A DNA stretch of 64,000 bases, taken from positions 84,344 to 148,343 of the forward strand of contig JAHEJN010000001.1 of NCBI GenBank assembly GCA_024638845.1, given 5' to 3'. The notes below the pieces were generated by a model. That model ran no database searches. It saw nothing but the letters and a program-made list of their open reading frames with translations, and had not been told where the DNA came from. The first letter of the stretch is position 1; each line of letters begins with the position of its first letter. This DNA is from Acidimicrobiales bacterium (GTDB lineage: Bacteria; Actinomycetota; Acidimicrobiia; Acidimicrobiales; JAHEJN01). Shown here piece by piece: positions 39,855 through 49,170 of this stretch. Position numbers and translations under genes: made by a program.

Positions 39855-40796
39855 CTAACGGGCGTACTGCGCCTTGAGCCAAGCCGCAACTTCGCTGACC
39901 GCTTCGTTGGCGCGATCGACGGCCGCTCCCCACGTGACGAAGGCGTGGCACGTGCCCTCGTAGAGCGAGTAGTCGACGTCGACGCCGGCGTTGCGCAGCA
40001 CGGCGGCGTAGGCGCGACCCTGAGCGAGGAGCGGATCGTACGATGCGGCCACGATCAGTGCGGGGGCCAGGCCCGAGTGGTCGGCCGCCCGCAACGGCGA
40101 CGCCCGCGGGTCGAGGATGTCGGGCACGCCGTGGGCGCCGGTGAGCTGGTCGATGAGACCCTTGTTCACGAAGGCGTCGACGGTGAGCATGCTCTCGGAC
40201 ATGTCGGCCAGGTCGACCTGGGGATACACGAGCGCCTGGCAGGTGGGCTGGGGATCGCCCGCGCCCTTGGCTTCGAGGCAGACGAGCGTGGCCAGACACG
40301 CGCCGGCCGAATCGCCGCACACGCCGATACGAGCGGGGTCGCCGCCGAAGGACGCCGCGTTCTCCCGCACCCAGTTGTAGGCGGCGAGCGCGCTCTCGAG
40401 CGGGCCGGGGAACGGATGTTCGGGCGTGCGGTCGTAGTCGACGTTCACCACGATGCAGTCGGCCTGCTGGGCGATCTCGGTGCAGGTCGGGTTGAACGCC
40501 TCGGCGTCGAGGAGCATGAGCCCCCCGCCGTGGAAGAACACGAGCACCGGCAGGGCGTCTTCGGTGGCGCGGGGTATGTCGATGATCACTGGCACGTCGC
40601 CCGCGGGGCCCGGAACCTCCTCCCGACGGATCTCGGCCATCTCGACGCCGGGGGGCGACAGCGCGACGTGCCCGGCTCGGGCCCCGGCGCGGATCTCGTC
40701 GAGTGTCGGCTCGGTTTCGGGCTGGGGCTGGGACGCGATGTGATCGAGCACGGCCTGGACCTGCGGATCGAGGTTCACCATCTTCTTGTCTCCCAC
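39855..40796 (-). CDS. Alpha/beta hydrolase, hormone-sensitive-lipase-type esterase
   Basis: 313 aa with the oxyanion motif FFHGGGLML, the nucleophile elbow GDSAGA and a C-terminal catalytic His region CHAF. Confidence 0.85.
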   Translation of the reverse strand: MGDKKMVNLDPQVQAVLDHIASQPQPETEPTLDEIRAGARAGHVALSPPGVEMAEIRREEVPGPAGDVPVIIDIPRATEDALPVLVFFHGGGLMLLDAEAFNPTCTEIAQQADCIVVNVDYDRTPEHPFPGPLESALAAYNWVRENAASFGGDPARIGVCGDSAGACLATLVCLEAKGAGDPQPTCQALVYPQVDLADMSESMLTVDAFVNKGLIDQLTGAHGVPDILDPRASPLRAADHSGLAPALIVAASYDPLLAQGRAYAAVLRNAGVDVDYSLYEGTCHAFVTWGAAVDRANEAVSEVAAWLKAQYAR

Positions 40797-40842
40797 GACG
40801 ACGGAGGTACGCGCTGAACGTAGCTCAAACGGGCGGTCTCGG

Positions 40843-40927
40843 CGGAGGGAGGGGGATTCGAACCCCCGGGACCTTGCGGCCCGCTGGTTTTCAAGACCAG
40901 TGCAATCGTCCGCTCTGCCATCCCTCC
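40843..40927 (-). tRNA. tRNA-Ser (anticodon UGA) with a long variable arm
   Basis: The reverse complement is GGAGGGATGGCAGAGCGGACGATTGCACTGGTCTTGAAAACCAGCGGGCCGCAAGGTCCCGGGGGTTCGAATCCCCCTCCCTCCG. The acceptor stem is GGAGGGA/TCCCTCC, the anticodon loop is CTTGAAA and the T-arm is GGGGGTTCGAATCCCCC. Confidence 0.85.
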
Positions 40928-40958
40928 GCCGACGAGGGTATCGGTCGGTGCAAACCGG

Positions 40959-41915
40959 TCAATCGATGATCGTGGAGCGGATGTCGGCTACCCATGCGTC
41001 GGCATCGGCCCAGGCGTCGGCGTTCTCGGCGGGTCGCTTCTCCCCCGGCAGTCCGGCGGCGGGGAACGAACCGAGGAACTTCACGCCGTGGCCCTTCCAC
41101 CGCAGATCGCGGAGCGCATCGGCCACGACCTCGTCACCGATGTGGCCGTCGCAGTCGATGAGGAAGCAGTAGTCACCGAGGCCCTGCTTGGTCGGCCGCG
41201 ACTCGAGCTTGGTGAGGTTGATGCCGCGGCCGGCGAACTCCTGGAGAATGGCCAACAACGACCCGGGTTGATCGGCGCGCTGGAAGATGACGATCGACGT
41301 CTTGTCGTGGCCCGTCGGTGTGGGCACCCCCTCGGGCGCCACCACCACGAAGCGGGTCTCGTTCCCCGGATGGTCCTCGATGTCGGCGGCCAGGATGTCG
41401 AGGCCGTACATCTCGGCGGCCAGCGACGTTCCGATGGCGGCGATCGATCCATCGGCCGCCTCGGCCACGATCTCGACCGCCTCGGCGGTCGCGTTCGCCG
41501 CCCGCAGGTCGACGGCGGGCAGGTTCTCCCTCAGCCACCCGCGGCACTGGGCGATGGCGATGGGAATGGACACCACCGTCTCGACGTCGGGAAGCGATGT
41601 GCCCGGTTGCACCAGCAGGTTCATGACAATGGGAATCACCACTTCCCGCTGGATCTTGAGCTCGCTCTCGAACGCGAGCGTGTCGATGGTGACGTTCACC
41701 GAGCCCTCTATCGAGTTCTCGATGGCCACGAAGGCGAGGTCGGCGTCGCCGTGCTCGACGGCGTAGAAGACGTCGGGAAAGGTGCGGTGCAGCGAGTGCT
41801 CGGCCTCGACGAGATCGGGCTGGGTTCTCAACGCCTGCTCGGTGAAGGTGCCGGCCGGACCGAGGTAAGCGACGCGAAGTGAGGAGGCAGTGGTCACGGC
41901 CGAAAGGATAGGCAT
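40959..41915 (-). CDS. pheA: Prephenate dehydratase (PDT + ACT domains)
   Basis: It begins VAYLGPAGTFTEQA, has TRFVVV, and its ACT region is PGSLLAILQEFAGRGINLTKLESRP. I moved the start to ATG 41915 (MPILSAV...). The remaining 234 codons of the track ORF are antisense to larB. Confidence 0.9.
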   Translation of the reverse strand: MPILSAVTTASSLRVAYLGPAGTFTEQALRTQPDLVEAEHSLHRTFPDVFYAVEHGDADLAFVAIENSIEGSVNVTIDTLAFESELKIQREVVIPIVMNLLVQPGTSLPDVETVVSIPIAIAQCRGWLRENLPAVDLRAANATAEAVEIVAEAADGSIAAIGTSLAAEMYGLDILAADIEDHPGNETRFVVVAPEGVPTPTGHDKTSIVIFQRADQPGSLLAILQEFAGRGINLTKLESRPTKQGLGDYCFLIDCDGHIGDEVVADALRDLRWKGHGVKFLGSFPAAGLPGEKRPAENADAWADADAWVADIRSTIID

Positions 41916-41951
41916 GGCGCATCGTCGTCGGTTACCGATAAGGATGGGGGA

Positions 41952-42749
41952 GTGGACGAGACCACCCTGCGCCTCCTGCTCGACGAGATCCGGGCCGGCA
42001 CGTGCCGGCCCGACGACGCCGTCGCCGTTCTGCGGCGCCTTCCGTTCGCCGATCTCGGCTTTGCGCGCATCGACCATCACCGGGCATTGCGGCAGGGAAC
42101 CGCCGAGGCGGTGTACGCCCCCGGCAAGACGGCCCAGCAGTGCGTGGCCATCGTCGGGGAGCTCCTCGGTGGCGATGCCTCGCCGGTGATCCTCACGCGC
42201 GTCGACGACCATCAGGCCGACGCCGTGCTCGGCGCTCACGGCGACGGTGAACGAACGGGCAACACCATCGTGTGGCGGCCCGCTCCACTCCTGGCGCCCG
42301 ATATCGGTTCCGCCACCGTTCTGATCGTCACCGCCGGTACCGCCGACCAGGCCGTCGCCACCGAGTGTCGCACCGTCCTCGTCGCCCACGGCGTTCGCGT
42401 CGAACGAGTCGACGACTGTGGCGTGGCCGGGCTGCACCGTCTCCTGTCCGAGATCGACCGCGTGGCCCGCGCCGACATCGTCATCGTGGTCGCCGGAATG
42501 GAGGGTGCGCTGGCCAGCGTGATCGGTGGTCTCGCCGGCGGTCCCGTCATCGCCGTGCCTACCAGCGTGGGCTACGGGTCGTCGCTCGAGGGAATCACGG
42601 CGCTGCTCGGCATGCACGCCTCGTGTGCCTCCGGCATCACGGTGGTGGGGATCGACAACGGCTTCGGTGCCGCCGTCGGCGCCGTGCGCATGCTCACCCT
42701 GATTGCCGACCGCACCGGCGCCGACACTCGCGAGGCGACCGGAGCGTGA
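41952..42749 (+). CDS. larB: Nickel-pincer cofactor biosynthesis protein LarB (PurE-like)
   Basis: 265 aa with N-terminal FADLGFARIDHHRALRQGTAEAVYAPGKT and a PurE-like core VLIVTAGTADQAVA...VVAGMEGALASVIGG. Confidence 0.82.
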   Translation: MDETTLRLLLDEIRAGTCRPDDAVAVLRRLPFADLGFARIDHHRALRQGTAEAVYAPGKTAQQCVAIVGELLGGDASPVILTRVDDHQADAVLGAHGDGERTGNTIVWRPAPLLAPDIGSATVLIVTAGTADQAVATECRTVLVAHGVRVERVDDCGVAGLHRLLSEIDRVARADIVIVVAGMEGALASVIGGLAGGPVIAVPTSVGYGSSLEGITALLGMHASCASGITVVGIDNGFGAAVGAVRMLTLIADRTGADTREATGA

Positions 42750-43972
42750 ACTCCCTTCCCACCATTGCGTGGTTCCACTGCTTCTCGGGCATCGCCGGCG
42801 ACATGGCCCTCGGGTCGCTCGTCGACGCCGGCGCCGACGTCGAGGAGATCCGACGCATCCTCGATCGTCTCCCGGTGAGCGGCTGGGAGCTCCGGGTCGA
42901 ACCCACGCTGCGGGGCGGCATCGGGGCGACCAACGCCACCGTGGCGGTGCAAGAGTCGTCGGTGGTCCGAACCGCCGCCCACATCCATGGGCTCATCGAC
43001 GAGGCCCGTCTGCCCGAGCGGGTGCGGTTGCGCTCACAGGCGGTGTTCACGGCGCTCGCCGATGCCGAAGGGCAGGTCCACCGCCGCCCGGCCGATCAGG
43101 TGCACTTCCACGAAGTGGGCGGACTCGACGCGATCATCGACATCGTCGGCACGTGCGCCGCGCTCGAAGTGCTCGCCGTCGACGAGATCCACACGAGCTC
43201 CATCGCCACGGGGGTGGGCATGGTGCAGTCCGAACACGGCCCCATGCCGAATCCTGCACCGGCCACGGTCGAGCTGCTCTCGGGCGTCCCCTCCCACGGA
43301 GTGCCGATCGACCTCGAGCTCACCACTCCCACCGGCGCGGCCCTCGTAGCCGCCCTCGGGGCCGGTTTCGGGCCGATGCCCCACATGACGGTGCGAGCCA
43401 GCGGGTTCGGTGCCGGCGACGCCGACCTCGTCGATCGACCCAATGTCACCCAAGTGGTGCTCGGTGAGCGCACGGCTGCGGCCGCCGACGGGCAACCTGT
43501 CACCCAGCTCGAGGTGAACGTCGACGACGTCACCGGCGAGACCTTGGCCCATGCTCTCGCCGCCGTGCTCGAGGCGGGTGCCCACGATGCATGGATCACC
43601 CCGATCCTGATGAAGAAAGGTCGCCCCGCTCACACGGTCAGTGCGCTGTGTGACCCGATTCTCGCCGCACAAGTGGCCCGCACGCTGGTGCGGGAGACGG
43701 GTTCGCTCGGTGTGCGTGGTCGCCAGCTCGAGCGATGGCCACAGGCCCGCACCGTCGAGCAGGTCGACGTCGAGGGGCGGCCGGTGAGGGTGAAGGTGTC
43801 CGAGGGGCGAGTGAAGGTCGAACACGACGACGCGGCGATCGTGGCCGAGCGCACCGGGCTTCCGTTGCGCGAAGTCGTGTCGCTGGCCGAGGAGGCGTGG
43901 CGCCGACGTCAGCCCGCTTCGGTCGACGAATCCGATCCCGATGGAGATGAACCTCCCGATCTGTTGGCCTAA
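42746..43972 (+). CDS. larC: Nickel insertion protein LarC (DUF111)
   Basis: GTG 42746 overlaps the larB stop (GTGA). It has N-terminal IAWFHCFSGIAGDMALGSLVDAGAD and HFHEVGGLDAIIDIVG. The N-terminal 158 codons of the track ORF are an Arg-rich overlap artefact. Confidence 0.82.
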   Translation: MNSLPTIAWFHCFSGIAGDMALGSLVDAGADVEEIRRILDRLPVSGWELRVEPTLRGGIGATNATVAVQESSVVRTAAHIHGLIDEARLPERVRLRSQAVFTALADAEGQVHRRPADQVHFHEVGGLDAIIDIVGTCAALEVLAVDEIHTSSIATGVGMVQSEHGPMPNPAPATVELLSGVPSHGVPIDLELTTPTGAALVAALGAGFGPMPHMTVRASGFGAGDADLVDRPNVTQVVLGERTAAAADGQPVTQLEVNVDDVTGETLAHALAAVLEAGAHDAWITPILMKKGRPAHTVSALCDPILAAQVARTLVRETGSLGVRGRQLERWPQARTVEQVDVEGRPVRVKVSEGRVKVEHDDAAIVAERTGLPLREVVSLAEEAWRRRQPASVDESDPDGDEPPDLLA

Positions 43973-43983
43973 GGTGTGCTTCC

Positions 43984-44703
43984 GTGGTCGAGGAGGCGAA
44001 CTCGGAGCCTGAAGCATCGGAGGGCGCCGACCGCTCGACCCCGCGTCGAGCTCCGGTTCTCGGCGTGTGCGGCGGTAGCGGGGCCGGCAAGACCTACCTG
44101 GTTCGTCAGATCCAGAGTCGATGTGCCGCGATCGGCATGCGGGCGGCGCAGGTGTCCTTCGACGCCTACTACCACGACCTGCAGCACCTCACCCCCGCCC
44201 AGCGCAGCACGGTGAACTTCGATCACCCCGACTCCCTCGACGGTGACCTCTTCGCCCGACACGTGAACCGCCTGGCCACCGGCGAACCCATCCAGGTGCC
44301 GCTCTATGACTTCTCGACGCACACCCGCACCGCCGACACCGCGTCGGTCGGCCCCGCCGACGTCATCGTGCTCGACGGCATCCTGTTGTACGCCTTCGAG
44401 TCGGTACGAGCCGGCATCGATCTCTCGATCTACCTCGACGTCCCCGCCGGCCTGCGCCTCGACCGCAGGGTGGCACGCGACACAGTCGAGCGGGGGCGCG
44501 ACGTCGCCGACGTCGAGCGTCAGTGGAAGGAGTTCGTCGAGCCGATGCATGCGCAGTTCGTCGAGCCGTTCGCGACCTCGGCCGACGTCGTCGTGCGCTA
44601 CGGCGAAGATCGCAACGACCTTCTCGACCACTTGATGAGCCGCTTGTTGTCGCTGGCGACCGATTCGGCCTCGGCCCTCGCCGAGTCGCCCGCCCATGAC
44701 TGA
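43984..44703 (+). CDS. udk: Uridine kinase / phosphoribulokinase-family nucleoside kinase
   Basis: It has the P-loop GVCGGSGAGKTYL, NFDHPDSLD, and VIVLDGILL ... IYLDV. Confidence 0.78.
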   Translation: MVEEANSEPEASEGADRSTPRRAPVLGVCGGSGAGKTYLVRQIQSRCAAIGMRAAQVSFDAYYHDLQHLTPAQRSTVNFDHPDSLDGDLFARHVNRLATGEPIQVPLYDFSTHTRTADTASVGPADVIVLDGILLYAFESVRAGIDLSIYLDVPAGLRLDRRVARDTVERGRDVADVERQWKEFVEPMHAQFVEPFATSADVVVRYGEDRNDLLDHLMSRLLSLATDSASALAESPAHD

Positions 44704-45433
44704 CGCACCGGCCTCGGAAGAACACGGCGAGCGGCTCTACTTCCGACAGCTCCTGTCGGGCCGCGATTTCGCGGTGGGCGATCCGCTGGCGGCCCAGATG
44801 CGCAACTTCGTGTACGTCATCGGCGATCGCGAGTCGGGCAAGGCCGTCGTGATCGATCCGGCCTACGATCCGCTCGGGGTGGTCGAGCTGGTCGAGAACG
44901 ACGGTCTCACCGTTGCCGGCGCTCTGGCAACCCACTATCACCCCGATCACGTCGGCGGCGCCATGATGGGTTTCGACATCATGGGTTGTCGCGAGCTGCT
45001 CGAGCAGCGGACGGTGCCGGTCCACGTGCACGCCGACGACGCCGAGTTCGTGCGGAAGGTCACCGGGCTCGGCGAGTCCGACCTCATCTCCCATCACACC
45101 GGCGACCACCTCGAGATCGGCGCCGTTCGCATCGAGCTCATCCACACCCCGGGCCACACTCCCGGGAGCCAGTGTTTTCTGGTCGACGGCCGCCTCCTGG
45201 CCGGCGACACCCTGTTCCTCGATGGGTGTGGCCGCACCGACCTGCCCGGCGGCGACCCGGCTCAGCTCTACGAGAGTCTCACTCAGCGGTTGGCGAAGGT
45301 GCCCGACACCGCCACGTTGTATCCCGGCCACCTGTACTCGCCCGATGCCTCGGCGTCGATGGGCCACACCCGGCAACACAATTTCGTGTTCGCACCGAAG
45401 TCGGCCGAACAGTGGCTGGCCATGTTCGGCTGA
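44696..45433 (+). CDS. MBL-fold metallo-hydrolase (glyoxalase II-like)
   Basis: 245 aa with THYHPDHVGG, HTPGHTPGS and a DTLFLDGCGRTD motif series. Confidence 0.82.
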   Translation: MTDAPASEEHGERLYFRQLLSGRDFAVGDPLAAQMRNFVYVIGDRESGKAVVIDPAYDPLGVVELVENDGLTVAGALATHYHPDHVGGAMMGFDIMGCRELLEQRTVPVHVHADDAEFVRKVTGLGESDLISHHTGDHLEIGAVRIELIHTPGHTPGSQCFLVDGRLLAGDTLFLDGCGRTDLPGGDPAQLYESLTQRLAKVPDTATLYPGHLYSPDASASMGHTRQHNFVFAPKSAEQWLAMFG

Positions 45434-45527
45434 GCGTCTCCACCGTTCGCCCTAGTGACGGGCCCGATGACTCAGGGACCTCTGCTCATGGTGTCACTCG
45501 GCGTGGACCGACACACTTGAATCTGCC

Positions 45528-46247
45528 GTGGGAGATGGCGCGGGCGGGCGTCGGTACGGTCCACCGGTTTCCGATTCGTCATCTCCCACGGTCACGTTCT
45601 GGCGATTCTCGGGAACTCCTCAATCGCGATGGTCGACCGCCGACGAGGGGACGGTCACATCCGCCGACCTCCGGGCCATCATGGATCCTTCATACCTGCC
45701 TCCACCGCCGAGACTCGAGGCCGTCGAGCTGCCGCTGACCATGCTGCCGCCCCCTCCACCGGCCCCCTTGGTCGAGGCGTACCGGCGCAGCGACGACGTG
45801 TTGCTGACGCCCGAGCTCCGATCGGCCTTTCGCGGCTACAACCGCGACGACGTACACCGCGCCCTCGACGGCATGCGCAAGCGCATCGTGATGATGCGGG
45901 CCGATCTTGAACGGGCCCAGGCCTTCGCCACGCTCGCCGACGAGATCGTCACGCAGGCCCGGCTCACCTCCGCCGAGATGCTCGCCGAGGCCGCCCTCGA
46001 GGCAAATCGAACGGTGGCCGACGCCCAGGTCCTGTCGCAACAGCTGCTCGACGAGACCCAGCAGAAGTGCCAGAACGCGGCGCGGCGGGGTATCCGCGCC
46101 GCCTTCGAGATGGCCGGCGTGCTCGGGTACACCGACACCCGCCAGGACCGGTTCGACAACCAGTTCGAGCAGGAAGCCTTCGATCGCTTCTTCGAGGGTG
46201 ACGCAGCGGAACCGGATGCTGCTCGCGCCTGGATGGTGGCGAGCTGA
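45528..46247 (+). CDS. DivIVA-domain-like coiled-coil protein
   Basis: The motif FRGYNRDDVHRALDGMRKRIVMMRADLERAQ matches the DivIVA N-domain signature and is followed by coiled coil. The start is uncertain, with ATG 45681 as an alternative. Confidence 0.55.
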   Translation: MGDGAGGRRYGPPVSDSSSPTVTFWRFSGTPQSRWSTADEGTVTSADLRAIMDPSYLPPPPRLEAVELPLTMLPPPPPAPLVEAYRRSDDVLLTPELRSAFRGYNRDDVHRALDGMRKRIVMMRADLERAQAFATLADEIVTQARLTSAEMLAEAALEANRTVADAQVLSQQLLDETQQKCQNAARRGIRAAFEMAGVLGYTDTRQDRFDNQFEQEAFDRFFEGDAAEPDAARAWMVAS

Positions 46248-46339
46248 CCGCAGAGTGGACGCCGACCCGTCGGAGTACCGCCGTAGCGGCCTAGCATGCA
46301 CGCAGCACTGCGGAGTGTGCCGAGGGAGGATCGTCAACC

Positions 46340-46642
46340 ATGCGCTGGTCGCGTCTACGTCGTCGACGGGCGATGGGCCACTCGGGACCGCTCGACTGCG
46401 CGGCGGCCGCGACGCTCCTGCAGGAGTACCTCGACTCCGAGCTCGAGCCCGGCCACGCCCGGCGCGTCGCCGAACATCTCGAGGTGTGCCGTCGATGTGG
46501 TCTGTCGGCCGAGACGTATCGATCGATCCGATCGTCACTCGAGCGATCACAGCAGGCGCCAGCCGACGCGCTCGACCGATTGCGCCACTTCGCCGATCAC
46601 GTTGCCGATCAACCCCCGGGGATAGCGTCGTCCGACGCGTGA
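46340..46642 (+). CDS. zf-HC2-type putative anti-sigma factor (soluble, RsrA-like architecture)
   Basis: 100 aa containing CAAAATLLQEYLDSELEPGHARRVAEHLEVCRRC (H-x3-C-x2-C). No TM helix is present. The internal ATG (MGHSG) is an alternative start. Confidence 0.6.
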   Translation: MRWSRLRRRRAMGHSGPLDCAAAATLLQEYLDSELEPGHARRVAEHLEVCRRCGLSAETYRSIRSSLERSQQAPADALDRLRHFADHVADQPPGIASSDA

Positions 46643-46650
46643 TCCTGCCC

Positions 46651-47955
46651 ATGAGATCGATTCTCCGCCTGTGTCGCGTCCTCGGCGTTCTCACTCTGTT
46701 CGCGGTCCTGGCGACGACGCCGGCTGGAGCCCAGTCCGACAGCGACACTGCGCCCGACGTCGAGGCACCCGACATCGTCCTGACGGCAGTGGACACAGAA
46801 TTGCTGGCGGCGCTCGAGACGGTGGATCTGGTCGACGAGTGGACGGCGGTGGGCACTCTCGATCCGCGATCGACCCTGGTCAGTGTCACCGGCGCCAACA
46901 TCGACGTCACTCGGCGCTCGCTGCTCGACGCCGCAACCGAGCTGGCCGAGATACGCGAGGTGGGCCATCGACTCGAAGCGCTGCTGGCCCAGCTCGACGA
47001 GATCGAGGCGCAGCTGGAGTCAGAGCACCGACACGTCGACGCCGAGGCCGCCGTCACCACGCTTGCGCTGGGGGTGATCGACGACGCCCTCGCCGACGCC
47101 GCGGTCGCTCGATACGTGCGGGGTCGGGTTCTCCCGCCGACCGGTGAGGATCTCGAGGCCGTCTACACCGATGCCACACACTCCACCCTCGTCGACGTCG
47201 CCGTCGAGGACCTGCTCGGGCACCACGGCCGGCTGGTCGAGGCGCTCGCCGACAAACGTTCGGAAGGGGCCGACCTCGCCGCCGCACGCACTCGGTCCCA
47301 GGCCACCCGGCAGGCCACACAGACCGAGCTCGATGCGCTGCGGCCGCGCTGGGACGAGCTCGAACTGGCCGTGCCCGAGATGCTCGTCGACCTCCGCGAC
47401 CAACGTCTCAACGGCACAGTGGTGGGCCTCGGGCTCACACTGGTGACGCTCGACGCCTACCTCACCGGCGAGGCCGTCACCGCCGAACGACGTCCCGATT
47501 GCGGTCTTCGTTGGCAGGCCATCGCCGCCATCGGACGGGTGGAGTCGAACCATGGTCGCGACCAGGGTGGCCGGGTCCTCGGCGACGGCCGGCTGTCGTC
47601 CCCCTTCCTCGGCCCACTGCTCGACGGTTCGTTGGCGGGCACTCAGGTCGTCGTCGACAGCGATGACGGCGCAGTCGACGGCGACGCCGCGTTCGATCGC
47701 GCCGTGGGGCCGTTCCAGTTCCTGCCCAACTCGTGGAAGACCGCCGGTGTCGACGGCGACGGCGACGAGATCCTCGAGGTGCAGAACATGTACGACGGCG
47801 CGGCCTCGGTGGGCGAATACCTCTGTTCGCGCGTCTCGCCGCTCACCGACGAGGGCATGCTGCGAGAATCCTTCCTGCGGTACAACGCCTCGGGCGCGTA
47901 TGCCGACAAGGTCGCCGGCTGGATGCAGACCTACGACGAGTTCGTGCTGGGCTGA
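46651..47955 (+). CDS. Secreted lytic murein transglycosylase (MltB/SLT_2-like) with an N-terminal coiled-coil region
   Basis: The signal peptide is MRSILRLCRVLGVLTLFAVLATTPAGAQS. The C-terminus has IGRVESNHG, AVGPFQFLPNSW, and DGDGD...NMYDGAASVGEYLC. I chose the start at ATG 46651, within track ORF 45907..47955. Confidence 0.75.
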   Translation: MRSILRLCRVLGVLTLFAVLATTPAGAQSDSDTAPDVEAPDIVLTAVDTELLAALETVDLVDEWTAVGTLDPRSTLVSVTGANIDVTRRSLLDAATELAEIREVGHRLEALLAQLDEIEAQLESEHRHVDAEAAVTTLALGVIDDALADAAVARYVRGRVLPPTGEDLEAVYTDATHSTLVDVAVEDLLGHHGRLVEALADKRSEGADLAAARTRSQATRQATQTELDALRPRWDELELAVPEMLVDLRDQRLNGTVVGLGLTLVTLDAYLTGEAVTAERRPDCGLRWQAIAAIGRVESNHGRDQGGRVLGDGRLSSPFLGPLLDGSLAGTQVVVDSDDGAVDGDAAFDRAVGPFQFLPNSWKTAGVDGDGDEILEVQNMYDGAASVGEYLCSRVSPLTDEGMLRESFLRYNASGAYADKVAGWMQTYDEFVLG

Positions 47956-47974
47956 TCCGCGAGGCGCACGGTGG

Positions 47975-48027
47975 GCAGAGGCCACGCTGCGGCCCTGCGG
48001 AAGCATGCAGGAGCCGGTGGCCTCTGC
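47975..48027 (+). terminator. Hairpin with an 11-bp perfect stem 20 nt after the transglycosylase stop (candidate terminator)
   Basis: gcagaggccac (47975-47985) pairs with gtggcctctgc (48017-48027). The 31-nt loop contains an inner cctgc/gcagg pairing. There is no U-tract. Confidence 0.4.
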
Positions 48028-48124
48028 GCCATCCGTGTCAACGGAGATCCGTGCGAGATGATCCCGTCTCCTTCAATCGGACCGGTGGTGTCGATCTTTA
48101 GTCTCGGCTGGCAGACTCGTTCCG

Positions 48125-48334
48125 ATGTTCCTCGGAGAGAACCTTCTGGCCTATCTGGTGCTGGCGATGGGCGGGGCGCTCGCCGCCGGCAACCTCATGG
48201 CCCTCATCCGTCCTCCCGAGCGGCCCCGAAGCGAGACCGACCTCGACCGTCCGCCGCTGGGCCGGACCATCCTCATGATCATCGTCGGCGTGGTGGCGGC
48301 GGGGTGGTCGCTCGCAAGCCTTGTTGCCGGATGA
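48125..48334 (+). CDS. Small hypothetical membrane protein (2 TM)
   Basis: 69 aa with hydrophobic helices LLAYLVLAMGGALAAGNLMAL and ILMIIVGVVAAGWSLASLV. Support comes only from ORF and hydropathy logic. Confidence 0.4.
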   Translation: MFLGENLLAYLVLAMGGALAAGNLMALIRPPERPRSETDLDRPPLGRTILMIIVGVVAAGWSLASLVAG

Positions 48335-48378
48335 GGTGACGCACTAGAACGGACCGAGCGGCAAGCGAAAGGGGCGCC

Positions 48379-49161
48379 ATGGGCGACCTGGTGAAGTTGG
48401 AGATCGACAAGGAGAAACGGGTCGCCACGGTGCGACTCGATCGACCACCGATGAACGCAATCAGTGCCGCGCTCGTTGCCGATCTGGGCGCGGTGATTAC
48501 AGAGGTGGCGGCCAACGACGATGTTCGTTCCGTCGTGCTGTGGGGAGGACCGGATATCTTCGCCGCCGGCGCCGACATCAAGGAGTTCCCTGAGCTCGAC
48601 CACGACTCGGCGCTCGAGCTCTCCACTCGACTGAACCGGACCTTCCTGGCGTTCGAGAACCTGCCCCAGATCACCGTTGCCGCCGTCAACGGGTATGCGC
48701 TCGGCGGCGGGTGTGAGCTGGCCATGACCGCCGAGTTCAGGATCGTCGGCGACGACGCCGTCTTCGGTCAGCCCGAGATCCTCCTCGGCCTCATCCCTGG
48801 CGCAGGCGGCACCCAACGACTGAGCCGGCTGGTCGGAATCACCAAGGCCAAAGAGCTGAACTACTCGGGCCGGATGGTGAAGGCCCCCGAGGCACTGGAG
48901 ATCGGTCTGGCCTCGGCGGTGCATCCGGCCGAGGACGTCTACGACGCCGCGGTCGAGCTCGCCGCCGGGTATGCGGCTGGTCCGGCGGCATTGCAGATGG
49001 CCAAAGCGGCGATGATGCGCGGGTTGCACCTTCCCCTCGACGCAGCGGTGAAGGTCGAGGCCGAGGAGTTCGCCAAGTGCTTCGCCACCGACGACTGCGC
49101 CATCGGCGTCGAGAGCTTCATCGAGCACGGACCGGGCAAGGCCACCTTCACCGGACGGTGA
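48379..49161 (+). CDS. Enoyl-CoA hydratase/isomerase (crotonase) family protein
   Basis: 260 aa with FAAGADIKEF and AAVNGYALGGGCELAM oxyanion-hole motifs. Confidence 0.9.
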   Translation: MGDLVKLEIDKEKRVATVRLDRPPMNAISAALVADLGAVITEVAANDDVRSVVLWGGPDIFAAGADIKEFPELDHDSALELSTRLNRTFLAFENLPQITVAAVNGYALGGGCELAMTAEFRIVGDDAVFGQPEILLGLIPGAGGTQRLSRLVGITKAKELNYSGRMVKAPEALEIGLASAVHPAEDVYDAAVELAAGYAAGPAALQMAKAAMMRGLHLPLDAAVKVEAEEFAKCFATDDCAIGVESFIEHGPGKATFTGR

Positions 49162-49170
49162 CGCCGACCT

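Noticed and set aside
34656-40927. CHAT/S8/sigma cluster as a tRNA-Ser-associated genomic island
   Set aside because: The tRNA-Ser 3' end faces the cluster. However, I found no integrase, no recognisable att-like repeat of the tRNA 3' end, and codon usage looks native. The island idea is unsupported, though a computational repeat search was not possible.
41916-42617. N-terminal 234-codon extension of the pheA ORF (552 aa in the track)
   Set aside because: The extension is antisense to the well-supported larB gene and has no PheA homology. The PDT domain starts right after ATG 41915.
42272-42745. Arg-rich 158-codon N-terminal extension of larC in the track ORF
   Set aside because: It overlaps larB in another frame. 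The LarC family N-terminus (FHCFSGIAGDM) begins just after GTG 42746, which overlaps the larB stop.
45907-46650. 248-codon N-terminal extension of the lytic transglycosylase ORF
   Set aside because: It overlaps the DivIVA-like and zf-HC2 genes in other frames. A clean signal peptide follows ATG 46651.
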